The notes under the pieces: generated by a model
What the model was told of the DNA's origin: nothing
Seen by the model: the letters and a program-made list of their open reading frames with translations, nothing else
Database searches by the model: none
Made by a program: the position numbers and the translations under genes
Part shown: positions 51,829 through 62,809 of the stretch, piece after piece
Numbering within the stretch: the first letter of the stretch is position 1
Layout: every line of letters starts with the position of its first letter
NCBI GenBank assembly: GCA_030867685.1
Contig: JAQOWU010000008.1
Location: forward strand, 4,216,001-4,280,000
Length of the DNA stretch: 64,000 bases
Direction: 5' to 3'
Source: Wickerhamiella versatilis
Taxonomy: Eukaryota

Positions 51829-52848
51829 ATGGCAAGTACAGGAAGCGTGAGCGCAAGCGAAGATGGGGTTTTGATCGCCCTCATCCAGTACCAGGTTCCA
51901 GTTATCCAATTTCCCAGTGATATCCAGAAGCAAGTAGAGACAATCTGTCGAATTGTTAAATCGACTAAGAAAGGCTATCCCGATCTCGACCTGATAGTAT
52001 TCCCAGAATACTCTACCACAGGATTGAACACATCAATTTGGACATATGACGAAATGCTGCAGACGATTGATGGTCCGGAAGTGCTGAAATTCCGAGAATC
52101 TTGCCGTGAGAATGAAGTCTGGGGAGTATTCTCAATTATGGAAAAGAATGAAGACCCCAACGTACCACCATATAATACAGCTTTGATCATTGATAAAACT
52201 GGCCAAATTGCTCTTCACTATAGAAAATTGCAGCCCTGGTGCCCTGTCGAGCCCTGGTCTCCGGGTAATAGAGGAATGCCTGTCTGCAATGGCCCGAAAG
52301 GATCCAAACTGGCTGTTTGCATCTGCCATGACGGAATGTTTCCAGAATTAGCACGAGAGGCCGCTTACAAGGGGGCTAATATCTACATCAGAATATCTGG
52401 ATATTCGACTCAAGTAAACGATCAATGGATCTGGACTAATCGCACCAACGCATTTCAGAATCTGATGTTTACAGTTTCTGTGAACTTAGCAGGATATGAC
52501 AACACCTTCTATTATTTTGGGGAAGGGACGGTATGTAATTATGATGGAAACATTGTTCAACAAGGCCACCGCAATCCCTGGGAAATAGTGACAGCAGAGC
52601 TCTTCCCCTCAATTGCAGATAAAGCACGCCAGAATTGGGCTCTAGAAAACAATGTTTTCAACCTGGGCTGTCGTGGATATGTTGGATTTCCTGGTGGTGC
52701 AAGGGAGAACTATCTCACTTGGGTAAAAGATTTAGCGGAGGGCAACTACAAATTACCATGGGATGATCAGGTGCGTATTAGGGATGGGTGGAAATATTAC
52801 CCGGATGGTGTTAAACTAGGCCCTTTACCTAAAGAGTTTCAGGAGTAA
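51829..52848 (+). CDS. amiF: Formamidase, bacterial AmiF type (nitrilase superfamily aliphatic amidase)
   Basis: Glu-Lys-Cys triad ([23 protein letters not shown]) and long AmiF-like blocks [64 protein letters not shown]; first ATG 51829. Confidence 0.9.
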   Translation: MASTGSVSASEDGVLIALIQYQVPVIQFPSDIQKQVETICRIVKSTKKGYPDLDLIVFPEYSTTGLNTSIWTYDEMLQTIDGPEVLKFRESCRENEVWGVFSIMEKNEDPNVPPYNTALIIDKTGQIALHYRKLQPWCPVEPWSPGNRGMPVCNGPKGSKLAVCICHDGMFPELAREAAYKGANIYIRISGYSTQVNDQWIWTNRTNAFQNLMFTVSVNLAGYDNTFYYFGEGTVCNYDGNIVQQGHRNPWEIVTAELFPSIADKARQNWALENNVFNLGCRGYVGFPGGARENYLTWVKDLAEGNYKLPWDDQVRIRDGWKYYPDGVKLGPLPKEFQE

Positions 52849-52849
52849 C

Positions 52850-54016
52850 TCATAGAGGGTATATTAGAGTCTTTCCAAGTTGAGGCGCTACTACATCCTC
52901 CCCAGCCTGTTTCTTCTCCAGAAGAAGTTTGGGCGGTTCATAGTACGGTTCCTCGCTCATCACGAAAGTACCCCAGTGAACGCCAATCAGGCTCTTAGCT
53001 CCCATTTCACGCATCACTCGCAGCGATTCTGTCGGACACATATGCTGAGCTTTTAAATGCCAACGAGGCCGGTACGCCCCACATGGCACCGCAGCAAGGG
53101 AACAACCCTTTCCATATACTTTCGCTATTGTCTCGTAAAGCCCCTCTGCAAAGCCTGAGTCACCAACATGGAAAAACAGTGGTTTTCCATTTCGTAGCAA
53201 TAAGAAGGAACACCATAATGTCTCATTAGAATCAACGATATACCGTCCAGACCAATGCATTGCTGGCGTGCAGGCTATTTCATAACCCAGTTTTGGGTCT
53301 ACGTTAGGAAGCGGAATACGTTCCCACCATGTCATTTCAATGAACTTTTCAATGCCTAAATTAGAGAGATGTTTACCCACCCCCGTAGGAACTATCCAGG
53401 CAGTATTATTGCCAAGATTTTTGGCAGCTGTAAAATCAAGATGATCTTGATGATCATGGGATACAAGGACAGCATCGGGAGTAGGTAGACTTTCCACAGT
53501 ACATGGCGGGGGCACGAGTCTTTGGGGACCAACCCGTGGGCTCACAACGCTCTCTGAAAACATCGGATCAGTCAAGATATTTACAGGTTTACTTACCCCA
53601 GGGAATTGTACAAGAGCACAACTTTGTCCAAGCCACGTAAATGTCATACTATCCTTTTGTTCTCTTCCGTTTTCGCTGCTGTCCCTTCCCAGTAAATCCC
53701 ACTCTGGCGTGTAAATCGGCAGAAATTTAGCTATGGCACTTTTGTCCTTAGGAACTTCTCCAGCCGGCTGAATACGAAACATTTCGGTGACTCTCCGGAA
53801 AAAAAACTCAAACACAGACTGATGCCGATACTCAGGAAAAGGATTGTGATAGCGACCATGGATATATATTGGCTGGTAACGCTCGAGTGGATCGTCAGAG
53901 AGATGGCGTTCCCGAATAGTTCTCATAACTTCTACACGCACGAGAGCTATATACATGCCATATCCACCCGCGATTCCTCCTACTGTCCACCACGCTCGCC
54001 GGCACCATGCTCGCAT
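52850..54016 (-). CDS. FMP30: NAPE-PLD-like metallo-beta-lactamase protein Fmp30
   Basis: NPFPEYRHQSVFEF, TWLGQS, ILTDPMFS, VSHDHQDHLD, PAMHWSGR, GVHWGTF. Confidence 0.88.
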   Translation of the reverse strand: MRAWCRRAWWTVGGIAGGYGMYIALVRVEVMRTIRERHLSDDPLERYQPIYIHGRYHNPFPEYRHQSVFEFFFRRVTEMFRIQPAGEVPKDKSAIAKFLPIYTPEWDLLGRDSSENGREQKDSMTFTWLGQSCALVQFPGVSKPVNILTDPMFSESVVSPRVGPQRLVPPPCTVESLPTPDAVLVSHDHQDHLDFTAAKNLGNNTAWIVPTGVGKHLSNLGIEKFIEMTWWERIPLPNVDPKLGYEIACTPAMHWSGRYIVDSNETLWCSFLLLRNGKPLFFHVGDSGFAEGLYETIAKVYGKGCSLAAVPCGAYRPRWHLKAQHMCPTESLRVMREMGAKSLIGVHWGTFVMSEEPYYEPPKLLLEKKQAGEDVVAPQLGKTLIYPL

Positions 54017-54217
54017 AAGCGATAAGTTGGAATCAGATGTCAACTAGATGAGAAAAAAAAGGGCATATCCTGGCACATATATGTATATTTTATTTGAATA
54101 TAATTATAATCGTGATGTTCTCTGCACACCATTCCATCAATTGGTGCGCTGTGAATATAAGAAATAGTTTGCAGAAGAATAGGACGAGTGCAGAGTTTCA
54201 ACTGCATTTTTCTCACG

Positions 54218-55018
54218 TCAATATTCACCAGTCACTACAGTAACCGCGTGTCCACCAACGTTAATGGTTCCATTTTCGTTCGTTAATATGACATGTCCTT
54301 TCCTTGCTACTTTCTCACCCTGAAAAATCTCTGCGTGGGGTAAGCGCAGCATTGCCATAGCAGCTCCGGATCCCGAGCCACATACAGGGTCCTCGTCGAC
54401 ACCTACTGCAGGAGCGAAGGTGCGCAATTCATATGTTCCATTCTTTTTTTCGCCTAATGCCTGAATACCAGTCCATCCTTGGTCGATGCACACCTTCTTG
54501 ATTTGATTAACGTCCGGCTGTACAGCAAGTACAGCTTCTGCAGACCGTAGAAGTACTGTATGCCACACGGGACCGACGTCGAATGTCTCACTTTTGAGCA
54601 CTGCGGAACCAATTATATTCGAGACATCAAGTGAGGATTCAACGGCTTTGGCATAAGGAAGTTCGAAAGAAATCACACCATTTTCTCGCACGTGGATTCT
54701 TATCAAGCCAGCCCCACATTCTTGGAAAATTACGCCATCATGTACGGAAGCTATTCCTGCCTCAATCACCGCATGGCAGGTACCTATGGTTGGGTGTCCA
54801 GCAAAAGGCAATTCACCACCAGGTGTGAAGATTTTCACCTTATAATCAGCACCAGGTATAGTAGTCTTCTGTACAAATGTTGTTTCACTCAGGTTTGTCC
54901 ATTTTGCAATTTGCAACATTTCCTGGTCACTTAATTCATCAGCATCAAAAAATACCGCAACAGGATTCCCATAGAAAGGAACTGAAGTGAATACATCCAC
55001 TTGTCGAAATTTTCCCAT
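54218..55018 (-). CDS. YHI9: PhzF/diaminopimelate-epimerase-fold protein (Yhi9-like)
   Basis: QVDVFT..PFYGNPVAV, WTNLSETTF, IFTPGGELPFAGHPTIG, EDPVCGSGSGA. Confidence 0.85.
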   Translation of the reverse strand: MGKFRQVDVFTSVPFYGNPVAVFFDADELSDQEMLQIAKWTNLSETTFVQKTTIPGADYKVKIFTPGGELPFAGHPTIGTCHAVIEAGIASVHDGVIFQECGAGLIRIHVRENGVISFELPYAKAVESSLDVSNIIGSAVLKSETFDVGPVWHTVLLRSAEAVLAVQPDVNQIKKVCIDQGWTGIQALGEKKNGTYELRTFAPAVGVDEDPVCGSGSGAAMAMLRLPHAEIFQGEKVARKGHVILTNENGTINVGGHAVTVVTGEY

Positions 55019-55069
55019 CACGAATCTAACCGTCTAAGTCAAGATGATTAATTAAGGATCAACTGCTTT

Positions 55070-55828
55070 ATGGGAGGAGATTTACTGCGGCCGAGGCCCC
55101 CAATCCATTACCTTAAGCCAGTCGATCCTGAGCCTTCAAGGAGACGTACTTGTCAGATATCTGGAGTATCATCTTTCTTGTCAGAGCTAACAAAGGTTGG
55201 CGCCGCATATGACATCCGACCGTCAGCGTCACCAACACCTGCCCAGCAACTTAGTGAAAAACGCTGGGCTGATTGGCAAAAGGAGTTGCAACTTCAGAAA
55301 AGCTGGAACCCTCACAATGACCAACAAATAAAAGGTAATCCCCACGCGACCCTGGTGTTGTATAAGCTGCCACGGTCCTTGACTGAAGAAATTCTGTCTC
55401 GACATTTCAGCACCGCCGGTAATGTTGAATATATACGTGTTGTTCGTGATACTCGCAATAAACCAAGAGGTTATGCATTGGTACAGTTTTCCCAGTCATC
55501 AACGGCCAGGGAATTGGCCCAGCACCATTCTCTTACTGTTGAAGGTCATACCATCATGTGCGACATGCAACGGGCAAAAGTACAGATGAACTGGAGACCA
55601 AAGAGGCTTGGAGGGTCATTGACTTATCCAAAAGCAGCCAATCGGCATCAGAGGGGTAATTTCTCCAATCGAGGCCGTGGAGGCGGAAGAGGTAATTTTG
55701 GCAGAGGAAGGAGGGTTGATCGCCCAGCCCGAATTGGTGAATCGACACCTTATGCTCATCCTAAGCCAATTCCACCGGTGGCGCGGCAAGATCCACGCGC
55801 TGGGGGGCGATCCCTCAGAAGGTACTAG
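55070..55828 (+). CDS. SNP1: U1 snRNP 70K protein
   Basis: PRPPIHYLKPVD, ISGVS, WNPHND..IKGNPHATL, RRM with KPRGYALVQF, WRPKRLGG. Confidence 0.88.
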   Translation: MGGDLLRPRPPIHYLKPVDPEPSRRRTCQISGVSSFLSELTKVGAAYDIRPSASPTPAQQLSEKRWADWQKELQLQKSWNPHNDQQIKGNPHATLVLYKLPRSLTEEILSRHFSTAGNVEYIRVVRDTRNKPRGYALVQFSQSSTARELAQHHSLTVEGHTIMCDMQRAKVQMNWRPKRLGGSLTYPKAANRHQRGNFSNRGRGGGRGNFGRGRRVDRPARIGESTPYAHPKPIPPVARQDPRAGGRSLRRY

Positions 55829-56059
55829 TTGGTTGGACAATGCAACAGGACTGAACGGGCCTTTTTGCCCATTCAAGGTGCCTTGCAGAGTAAAAAAAAT
55901 AATCATAATACTACTATTTAATCTAGGACAGCAACAAACCTGAAAGCTGCTGTTCGAGGAGCAATTGTAAAGTAGGCCAATTGTTGAAATCGGCCTGCAA
56001 GTCAAGCACGTCAGGGCGCAAAACCAGCCACACTCCTACTCAAGAGGTTTGCGGAAGCT

Positions 56060-57700
56060 TTACAAGCGTTCCTCGAATTTCAGGTCATTTACTGGGGCTA
56101 GGCCAATAAGTCCGCGGATCAAGTTCTCTAAAGCGGATCTTTGCTTGTTGAGGCCATTAACTGGCTCGGCGCCCACCCGAGTGAGTGGGGCCTTTAGCCA
56201 ATATGACAAGAAACTAAGCACTGAATGAAGTTTCTCGTACTCAGAACTGTCAGAGTTCGCACGACGATAAGAAATACGAGTCAAGAATTCAGTCATCACC
56301 ACAAGGTCAATGATCAACGGGGTTGCAAGCAATGAATCTTCACAGACGTTGTGAATGGACACGGTATTGTGACCACCAAGCATCAGCTCTGAATGATACT
56401 CGTCCATAGCGACTTTCGAATCACCCACTGCAGGAACATACTTGATGACGATACAGTGATCTATGGTAGAGCCCAATTTTTCGTTGTAAAGCAGATGGTT
56501 CGCCTTTATCATATCATCCACCACTGAACTCTTGGAAATCTCCTTGGACCTAAACTGCTTCGGTGCACTCAAGTTGTATCCATCATTGTTTCCTAAGTGG
56601 TTATAAGACGCAATTGAGACCGGTCTAATACCTGCATCGACAAGATATTGAGTCAGAACGCTCTTGATCTTAGTCTGTCCGGACTTAAAATCATCACCGC
56701 CTATAAAGGCATGACGCTTTTCGGCAAGTTCCACACAGCCAGGTACAAAGGTATTCTGAGGTGACCCATTTATATAAGGCACACCTTCCAAAATAGAAGC
56801 AACAGCAAAAATTGTGGATGGTGCTATCTCAGAATTTGAGTCCTTTATGGCCGCAAGAAGGTTGTCAGCGGTGTCATTCACGCCAGGAAGGATATTGGCA
56901 TATCTTTCGGTATTGGCTGTCCATAGTACAATAACACTATCAAGACCATTCTGAGCCTTAAAGTCTCGTATATCGCGCCGGATATGCTCCAAGTGCTCCC
57001 ATTTATCACTCCCAGGTATCACGTTGTCGGCACGGGCACCCTGGTTTGCGGCAATAAAATCTGGGTAATACAATGAGGGAAGAGGATTGTACCCCTTCAA
57101 TTTCTTGGACAATTGACGCTGCAGATCCCAATCCAGAACCTGAGCGCGCTCCATAGCCTCAGCCAGATTGGCGCTTGAGATATCCCAACCCCCTAGAGTG
57201 ATGTCGTTGGGATGAAGCATGGGAGCAACCTCATTGAAAGGAGCATAGACGTCATTACCATTGTCGTCTATTCCTAATAATATTGTTGAAGACTGCGTCA
57301 CAGACCCGAAATAGTTAGGCTCCTGAACTCCCGTTTTGGTATGGAAAGATATTTTGTCACGATTGGCGAGCAAGGAGGCTGTCAAAGTTGAGCCATTGTT
57401 ACCACCCCAACCAACAAGCATCAATCCAACCCGGGGAATTTTCGTATTGAGCTTGAATTCATACTCAGTGCTTACCGGGGTCACATCGTACTTACCTCCA
57501 GGCAATTTCTTAACTGTAGCACTGTCATAAACATACTTAGAGACAATCGAGTCATTCTCAACACGTACCTTATCTGTGTTCACATGAACAGACGTGTATC
57601 CACTAGAATCCTTGGCAGGGGTCTCAGCCCTTCCATCAGTATTGCCAACGGCATTACCATTGACAGTTGTGCGTCCATTGATATAATCGTTGGTAATCAT
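56060..57700 (-). CDS. INO1: Inositol-3-phosphate synthase
   Basis: [47 protein letters not shown]. Confidence 0.98.
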   Translation of the reverse strand: MITNDYINGRTTVNGNAVGNTDGRAETPAKDSSGYTSVHVNTDKVRVENDSIVSKYVYDSATVKKLPGGKYDVTPVSTEYEFKLNTKIPRVGLMLVGWGGNNGSTLTASLLANRDKISFHTKTGVQEPNYFGSVTQSSTILLGIDDNGNDVYAPFNEVAPMLHPNDITLGGWDISSANLAEAMERAQVLDWDLQRQLSKKLKGYNPLPSLYYPDFIAANQGARADNVIPGSDKWEHLEHIRRDIRDFKAQNGLDSVIVLWTANTERYANILPGVNDTADNLLAAIKDSNSEIAPSTIFAVASILEGVPYINGSPQNTFVPGCVELAEKRHAFIGGDDFKSGQTKIKSVLTQYLVDAGIRPVSIASYNHLGNNDGYNLSAPKQFRSKEISKSSVVDDMIKANHLLYNEKLGSTIDHCIVIKYVPAVGDSKVAMDEYHSELMLGGHNTVSIHNVCEDSLLATPLIIDLVVMTEFLTRISYRRANSDSSEYEKLHSVLSFLSYWLKAPLTRVGAEPVNGLNKQRSALENLIRGLIGLAPVNDLKFEERL

Positions 57701-58464
57701 TTTTTTTTCTTTTTTTTAGTGAGTTATTTCAAATTTCTTGGTATTTGATTGACTTTCTGCGCAGTAATAAATCTCCACAGCCAGCAGCAGCAGCGGAGGT
57801 TTGGTGAGGGTTATGACGGCTTCCTAAAAGGTTCGCGAACGTTTTCAAACTTAACCAGACCTTGTGAGTCTAGTTAGAAGAAAAAAAGGTAACTGTTTAC
57901 ATGGCAATTGGATCCTTATGTACCTAACGTCTGGGGGCAAGGGTAATGTTGGGATGGCCGAGGAGGTGCCAGCGGGGTATTCCGTATGGCAATTGGTCAC
58001 TTCGCTACTAATTATGAAAGAGACCTCTCGCTCAAAAATTGCTCGTAACAAAAAGGATTTATATTTACAGGCATATAATAACAATGACTTTAGGATTTCA
58101 ACTTGACATCTTATTACTACCAGGATAAGATGGCAAATTACTACTGGTACATTGTGCATCGCTAAAATGGGACTAGAATAGCTTGAACATCATGCATTTT
58201 TTTTCTGATAATTTATGCCCAGTACACAGCACGCAATTCGACCGTAACTCGGTTAATGTTGCCGATTCCCGAGACGCCCGATGCATACATACCCAATAGG
58301 AGAGGTGTTTGTCACTGCAGCGCAACGTAACGATCTCGCCCACCAACTATTAATAGTTCGCGGAATACCATCGCTGCTAATCAATTAATTGGTTAGTTTT
58401 CTATGTTAATTAAGATATATATATTGCACAGCATCGCGCAATCGAATAATTTAGCAGGGTTTTT

Positions 58465-59778
58465 TCAATATATAAGGACACGTCCAGCAGCCCAGCAGCG
58501 AGCGGCGAAGAATGCTAGTGAGGAAGCAAGATAAGAAACACCTGAGAATATGATCAATCCCAAATAGTTGTGATCCGTTAAAGCACCGGCGATCGGAAGC
58601 CCGGTAAGGGCTGCAATAGACGCCACTGAATATGCGGTACCATAGCGCCTGCCATACTGTGAAGTCTCAGATATTGTGGCTACACACACTGGTGTGAGCG
58701 AAATGGTGCTCCCGGAGAATATTCCAAAAAGCACCGCGAATGCAGTGATACCAGCCTTGGTCGTACCAGCAGGGATCCAAAGAGCCAAGCAGAAGATGCC
58801 CGTTAATCCAGTCATTAAAATAGTAATATTATAAGGACCATAGTGGTCTGCAAGCCATCCTGGAGTGATTCGACCCACTGTTGAACCGACGTTCAAGTAT
58901 GCAACCAGGGCATTAGCGTAGTCAACGGTCAGTCCCTGCTGGCGAGCATAACTGGTAAGATAAAGGACAGGAACAAAATAGCCCCATTCCGCCAGAAATA
59001 TACCCGCAGTACAAGCTGTGAAGGCCTTTGAACGAAAAGACTTCACGTCAATCATCGCATCTTTCCAGTTTACCTTAAGTGATCTCGGTCTTCTATCCGC
59101 ACAGCATGTGCATGTAATTATAGCCAATACAAGCATAATAAATCCCATCACTCTTATTGTCCAGCCATATCCGATCCGCGGAAACAGGCGGTTAAGCATG
59201 AGAGAGCACCAGATACCACAAACAGATCCGCCTGCTGCTGCAAGCCCCATTGCTATACCGCGCCTTTTTAAAAACCAATGTCCAATAACGGTAATCCCTG
59301 GATTGAATATCAAAGAGGCACTTAAGCCGCCCAGTAGGCTAAACCCCAGCATGAACTGATAATACTCCTTGCACACAGAAAGGATAAACAAGGCAGCAAG
59401 CCATCCAATACAACCTGGAACAATTAGGCATCGCACACCGAATGTGTCAAAAAGAGGACCTGCCTGAATGCCCCCAAAATACATCAAAAAAGCATACAGC
59501 GAAAAAATCCAGCCTATTTGAGATTCGGAGCGATTTGAAAGGCGTTCAGTATGCAAATAATTCTCAATCGATCCTCCAGTATTCAAAACACCAAACGGGA
59601 GCATGACTGAACAGAAACTCCCTAGAACTACCAACCAGGCACGCCATCCGCCATCCGGAATTGTCGAATCATCTATAATTGTGGGGCCGTACGCATTTTG
59701 CTCATTCTCCGATGTTACAGTGGCCTCAAGTTGGCGGGTTTTTTCTTTTTCAGTCACAGCATTATTCTCATTGTCCAT
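58465..59778 (-). CDS. MFS monocarboxylate-porter family transporter (Mch4/Mch5-like)
   Basis: PDGGWRAWLVVLGSF, IGWIFS, GPLFD..G, GHWFLKRRG.AMG, YGRRYG. Confidence 0.88.
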   Translation of the reverse strand: MDNENNAVTEKEKTRQLEATVTSENEQNAYGPTIIDDSTIPDGGWRAWLVVLGSFCSVMLPFGVLNTGGSIENYLHTERLSNRSESQIGWIFSLYAFLMYFGGIQAGPLFDTFGVRCLIVPGCIGWLAALFILSVCKEYYQFMLGFSLLGGLSASLIFNPGITVIGHWFLKRRGIAMGLAAAGGSVCGIWCSLMLNRLFPRIGYGWTIRVMGFIMLVLAIITCTCCADRRPRSLKVNWKDAMIDVKSFRSKAFTACTAGIFLAEWGYFVPVLYLTSYARQQGLTVDYANALVAYLNVGSTVGRITPGWLADHYGPYNITILMTGLTGIFCLALWIPAGTTKAGITAFAVLFGIFSGSTISLTPVCVATISETSQYGRRYGTAYSVASIAALTGLPIAGALTDHNYLGLIIFSGVSYLASSLAFFAARCWAAGRVLIY

Positions 59779-60112
59779 ATCCCGTACCAAAATTCCTTAA
59801 ATCGCCTTCGGGCAAAAAATTAGTCACAAGCAACGGTGGTACGGGCATATATCATTATATCTTTCTATGACACAAAAAATCCTCAGATTGTCCTCTCATA
59901 TAAATATAGCCGAGGAATCCTATCCATAAAGCTCTGTTTAGCAGCAACATTGTCTTCGGGCCCTCTATCACGTCAAATTACACAATGTTGGCGTTCCATT
60001 CTGCGAACTGCTGACATCACATAATATCAGTAAAAGCATAATTTTTTTTGTGCAGCTTATCACGATTGACCGTCTGAAAAAATAAAACTACCAGTAAGTT
60101 AACAACGCTTAC

Positions 60113-60748
60113 ATGAATCTTCAGTCGTCTCGCCTAGGAACGAAAAAATATTGGCAAGATTTTTACGAAAGGGAAATTGAAAACTTTCAGGAGAACCCGA
60201 ATGACACAGGTGAGAATTGGTTTGATGATGTAGGTGCGGAGTCTCATGTGGTGGATTTTGTGGCGGAAAAGGCAGCGAGTACGCTGGTTTCGATACTAGA
60301 TCTCGGCTGTGGAAACGGCAGGTTGCTATTTTCCATCAAGGATGCCAATGTTGAAGGTGAATTCTTGGGAATTGACTATGCGGCCTCATCTATAGAACTG
60401 GCACGCTCTGTGGCTTCAACAGAGGGCTACGACGATGTTGAGTTTCGGCAGGTAGATTTTGTCAACGACCCGAATTGGACTACCAAGACATACGATTTTG
60501 TTTTGGATAAAGGGACATTGGATGCTATAGCACTAAGCGGCGATACTGAAGCTCCGAGACGATATGTGGATGCAGTGATTCCACGAGTTAACAGGGGTGG
60601 GCTTCTGGTTATCACCAGCTGCAATTTCACTATGGAGGAACTGGCCGAACTCGTTGGAAGGCCATATACATCTTTAAAGTACCCTGAATTCAGCTTTGGT
60701 GGCCAAAAAGGGTCTTCTGTAGTTACCCTTGCTTTTCACATTATATAA
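60113..60748 (+). CDS. EFM4: eEF1A lysine methyltransferase Efm4/See1
   Basis: SRLGTKKYWQDFYEREIENF, DTGENWF, LDLGCGNG, VLDKGTLDAIAL, ITSCNFT, FSFGGQKG. Confidence 0.94.
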   Translation: MNLQSSRLGTKKYWQDFYEREIENFQENPNDTGENWFDDVGAESHVVDFVAEKAASTLVSILDLGCGNGRLLFSIKDANVEGEFLGIDYAASSIELARSVASTEGYDDVEFRQVDFVNDPNWTTKTYDFVLDKGTLDAIALSGDTEAPRRYVDAVIPRVNRGGLLVITSCNFTMEELAELVGRPYTSLKYPEFSFGGQKGSSVVTLAFHII

Positions 60749-60767
60749 AACGATTTACGACTATAGA

Positions 60768-61847
60768 TCAATCTGTTACATTTTTTAGGACATCATAGAG
60801 TTCCTTTGCTGCTTCCGCAGATGCACACCTCATGGCAAATTGACAGGTAGTTCCATCATTGTCGACCCCGGTAAGTCGCACAACTTTTTCCGACGAAAGA
60901 GAAGTCGGAAAGCCCAAATATACCTGAGTAGCTGAACTAAGAGCCAGGTTTAAAGCCACGCGCAAATTTCCGTCAGCTCGCATCAGTAGTCGATGCTTGC
61001 CTTCATTGTTTGAATTAAGTTTTAACTGGCCCACTCCTCTTTCTTTCCAGCCACTGGCCTGATCTTCCAAAGAAACCGCATATAAACGCACCCTTAAAGA
61101 TAGGTCCGTCTTCTCCTCCTCCTCGCCCGTCTTAACCTCCTGACGTTCTTGCAACTGGCTTTTTTCTTTACTCCCTTGCTCCTCTGGCTCCTTCTGTAAA
61201 GTATCCCTTTCTGGCTTCTTCTCATTCTCTTTAGCCTTAGAAAACCCTGAGTCTTTGGAAAACATGCTAAAACCACCGCTAGAAAAAGCACCGAATCCAC
61301 CTTTAGAGCTATCCTTGAAGGCCCCAAAACCAGTGGTCTTGGCAGGTTTTTTCTCTTCCTTAAATTCAGAAGTGGTGGTGGAATCCTTGGATTCCTTCGG
61401 TATACCTTCTACATTACTCTTTTCTTGCTTTCCAGTTTCAGCTTGCAATTGTTCCTTTTCGGTTATGCCGGATTTCTGTCCTTCATTGGTGTCATCAGTG
61501 CCTTGCTTTACATTGTCATTAGGTTCTTTCTCTTGTTTCTGATCACTGTCGCTTACTTCCTTTGGATCCGATTGCGTATGCTTATCTGGGGTTGAAGTAC
61601 CCTCTTTATCCTTCGGGTTGACTTCAGATTGTGATTCACCCTTGCTGGTTTCTTCATCCTTAACCTCGTCATTCTTAATCTCCTTCGCGTTAGGATCAAC
61701 CACAGGAGAGCCCTCTTCCGACTGGTCCTTGGCCGGAGTCGGACTGTCGTTTACGACTTTTTCCTCTTTTTCATGATCAGCTGCTGAACGCTTAGCTGGA
61801 GGCTCATCAGCTTCGGAATTCCGCCGCTTTTCGCCAGCTGCAACCAT
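60768..61847 (-). CDS. YRB2: Ran-binding domain protein Yrb2
   Basis: N-terminal NLS-like KRR..KR, FG-type motifs, C-terminal RanBD (VKTGEEEE, WKERGVGQLKLN, RLLMRADG); position between EFM4 and ARC15. Confidence 0.8.
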   Translation of the reverse strand: MVAAGEKRRNSEADEPPAKRSAADHEKEEKVVNDSPTPAKDQSEEGSPVVDPNAKEIKNDEVKDEETSKGESQSEVNPKDKEGTSTPDKHTQSDPKEVSDSDQKQEKEPNDNVKQGTDDTNEGQKSGITEKEQLQAETGKQEKSNVEGIPKESKDSTTTSEFKEEKKPAKTTGFGAFKDSSKGGFGAFSSGGFSMFSKDSGFSKAKENEKKPERDTLQKEPEEQGSKEKSQLQERQEVKTGEEEEKTDLSLRVRLYAVSLEDQASGWKERGVGQLKLNSNNEGKHRLLMRADGNLRVALNLALSSATQVYLGFPTSLSSEKVVRLTGVDNDGTTCQFAMRCASAEAAKELYDVLKNVTD

Positions 61848-62000
61848 ATGACTTCGCTTATAAACCTACCTACTTCCACCTCCATCTTGAGGGATTTCTA
61901 TATGCATGAGGCTGAAAAATGTGCCAATTCACAAGTCAAAGCCGTGAAAATGCACCATATATATGATAAATTAGGATCATTTAAGTCTATGAACTCGTTC

Positions 62001-62456
62001 CTATACAGTTCTACGGTCAGTAATATGTCGAATAACTGCGCCTTGACCAGCGATAGCAAATGTCTTCTCCATCCAAGTCAATAGAGTTGCCCCATTGGCC
62101 TGACCTTGAGATGTTGACATTGCCTTATAAAGATATTTTACCAGGACGACACGGTCCTGCGGGCTCAACTCTTTCACTAATGTATCGATCTCTGAGGAAC
62201 GAGTGCTCACCAAAACTTGCAGAACAGCAGCTAACCTTGTGTCTTTAGTTGATTCATCACTTCCATATGGTGGATTGGCCAAAGCAGCCCTAAGAGCACT
62301 TTCTGTGTTCCCAGACTGAAGTGATTGCTTAACCGTGAGCTGTGTCTGCTGTGCATCTGAAAGAGTCACACCACTAGGGGTAACTTCAGGAACGCTATTG
62401 ACAACAGAATCGGGGTCCAGCCTATCAATATCGATCTTTCGAAAGTCTGTTGTCAT
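62001..62456 (-). CDS. ARC15: Arp2/3 complex subunit ARPC5
   Basis: DFRKIDIDRLDPD, NPPYG, LVKYLYKAM, LLTW.EK, GQGAVIRHITDRRTV. Confidence 0.95.
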   Translation of the reverse strand: MTTDFRKIDIDRLDPDSVVNSVPEVTPSGVTLSDAQQTQLTVKQSLQSGNTESALRAALANPPYGSDESTKDTRLAAVLQVLVSTRSSEIDTLVKELSPQDRVVLVKYLYKAMSTSQGQANGATLLTWMEKTFAIAGQGAVIRHITDRRTV

Positions 62457-62809
62457 AATGTTAATAGTGCCAAGAGCCGACAGGCTTGATTATATAACAC
62501 AGACGGCACCTGTGCTGGCTGTTTTCCTCGAAGGTAAGTTTACAGATTGATGTACGACGGAGCTGGGAGGGTTTCGCAGAGAGCGATGTCATCTTGAATC
62601 TTCATCTTGAGCAAAAAAATATAGAAAGTGATTATATCGCGTCATGTTGATAAAACTTAGGTGAGACCATGCTAGAAGAATCCTAGGAAGGCGAACGTAA
62701 TTATAGTTGTATGCAAACAGTACTTTTATATGTGGTGTTGAGAGCAGCTTCAAAGCCCTTTTGACGAATCAGACTACCCCGGATTCGAGCTGAGTAAGTG
62801 GAGTCGGCC

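Noticed and set aside
54218-55018. PhzF-family gene as a second horizontal transfer or part of a phenazine cluster
   Set aside because: Yeasts carry a native PhzF-like gene (YHI9) and no other phz genes are present; origin cannot be judged without a tree
57701-58464. UAS-INO (CATGTGAAAT) upstream of INO1
   Set aside because: Only a partial match (TTTACATG near 57896) seen; not enough to call
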